Shown piece by piece: positions 63,161 to 64,000 of a stretch of 64,000 bases of DNA (the stretch's first letter is position 1; the number at the start of each line of letters is the position of its first letter). The position numbers and the translations under genes are program-made. The notes under the pieces are model-generated. The model searched no databases, was not told where the DNA came from, and saw nothing but the letters and a program-made list of their open reading frames with translations. Source of the DNA: an uncultured cyanobacterium (lineage in GTDB: Bacteria > Cyanobacteriota > Cyanobacteriia > Cyanobacteriales > Nostocaceae); NCBI GenBank assembly GCA_963740315.1, contig CAVUDP010000001.1, forward strand, positions 480,001 through 544,000. Direction: 5' to 3'.

Positions 63161-63721
63161 TTAAACGTTAAATTCCTGAAGAATCCGCTCCAATTCAACC
63201 GTCATAAAATTAATATTACCTTGTTGATAAATCTTCAGCAATTCCCCATAAAACCATAATTTATCTTCCTTACTACCGCTGAAATAATTCCATAATTCAT
63301 CACCTTTATTCCGATATCCGATCGACAGACTTCTGGCATTATGTAACTTATCCGCAAGAGATACCAACTTTACAGAATCCGAAGCATTGCGGATGTTTTC
63401 TATATAATTAACTTTGCGTTCCTTCCAAGGTGGCTTCGGCGTAATATCCGATTCCGTGCAGCCATCAACAATTTCGACAACCGTTTCACCGAATTTCTGA
63501 CGGATTTCTTCGCGTGTTGCTTTACCTCCTTGGTCTTCTACGGCATCATGTAATAAGCCCGCGATCGCTTCATCTTCCGATCCTCCGGCTTCTAATATTA
63601 AGGAAGAAACCGACATTAAATGAGAAATATAAGGGATTTTGTCTACCTTTCGGGTTTGATTCGCGTGTAATTGGGTAGCGTAAACTAAAGCTCGTGCAAA
63701 TTTTTCTGTTAATTCAGTCAT
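63161..63721 (-). CDS. Stand-alone HD-domain hydrolase (SpoT-HD/Mesh1-like)
   Basis: HANQTRK...PYISHL, LLHDAVED and ADKLHN motifs; no synthetase domain. Confidence 0.87.
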   Translation of the reverse strand: MTELTEKFARALVYATQLHANQTRKVDKIPYISHLMSVSSLILEAGGSEDEAIAGLLHDAVEDQGGKATREEIRQKFGETVVEIVDGCTESDITPKPPWKERKVNYIENIRNASDSVKLVSLADKLHNARSLSIGYRNKGDELWNYFSGSKEDKLWFYGELLKIYQQGNINFMTVELERILQEFNV

Positions 63722-63834
63722 TCGATTTTGGATTTTAGATTTTGGATTACCTATCTCTCCTTATTTCTTCTTTCTACGCCTTTGCGGTTTTTTAATCGGT
63801 AATCTTTTGGCGGAATAGGATTAATCTCATAACT

Positions 63835-63964
63835 CTAGTACCACACGGCTTAAATCGCGCACCCCTAATTTTAATGCTCAGAAGTCGGGTTTTTATAAAA
63901 TTTGTAAGTGTATTACAGATACGTATTCTAAAAACCCGACTTCTCAACCGTAGTCGAGCCGTGT
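63835..63964. repeat. MITE-like element with nested inverted repeats
   Basis: acacggct ... agccgtgt ends; internal agaagtcgggttttta / taaaaacccgacttct. Confidence 0.55.
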
Positions 63965-63970
63965 CAAATT

Positions 63971-64000
63971 GTGATCCTTCCCCGTTAGGGGCAAGTGGTT
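63971..64000 (+). CRISPR. Possible single CRISPR repeat truncated by the window edge
   Basis: gtgatccttCCCCgttaGGGGcaagtggtt: short GC hairpin 1.2 kb from cas6; only one partial unit visible. Confidence 0.25.

Overview
Chromosomal segment of a cyanobacterium, most likely a filamentous heterocyst-former (Nostocales, Rivularia/Calothrix-like; inference). Support: frequent HIP1 GCGATCGC sites, 7-8 bp STRR tandem repeats, photosynthesis genes (psbK, psbM, psb28, ndhP, petF) and a XisA/XisC-type recombinase. Most of the window is housekeeping and signalling genes (rsmA, ispE, secA, rplI, intein-containing dnaB, bvdR, miaE, cobS, tgt, prlC, several PAS/GAF/MASE1 histidine kinases). The features that stand out are: (1) a plasmid-type ParA plus small RHH-like partner preceded by a 7 x 8-bp RRRYRYYY centromere-like array, close to an intact Xis-family tyrosine recombinase with no visible interrupted gene; (2) a 53-bp nested hairpin element in 8 identical copies at 4 loci, always inside GGGGAGAT/GGGGAGAG tracts; (3) a 24-nt double-hairpin insertion in a HIP1 site inside a kinase gene; (4) an SDR plus divergent QueA-like gene pair; (5) a decaying HicAB-HicAB-RelBE-like toxin-antitoxin cluster and other single-lesion pseudogenes; (6) a Cas6 with a C-terminal HTH next to an HD hydrolase, with a possible truncated CRISPR repeat at the window edge. 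All family calls come from motif recognition, not database searches.
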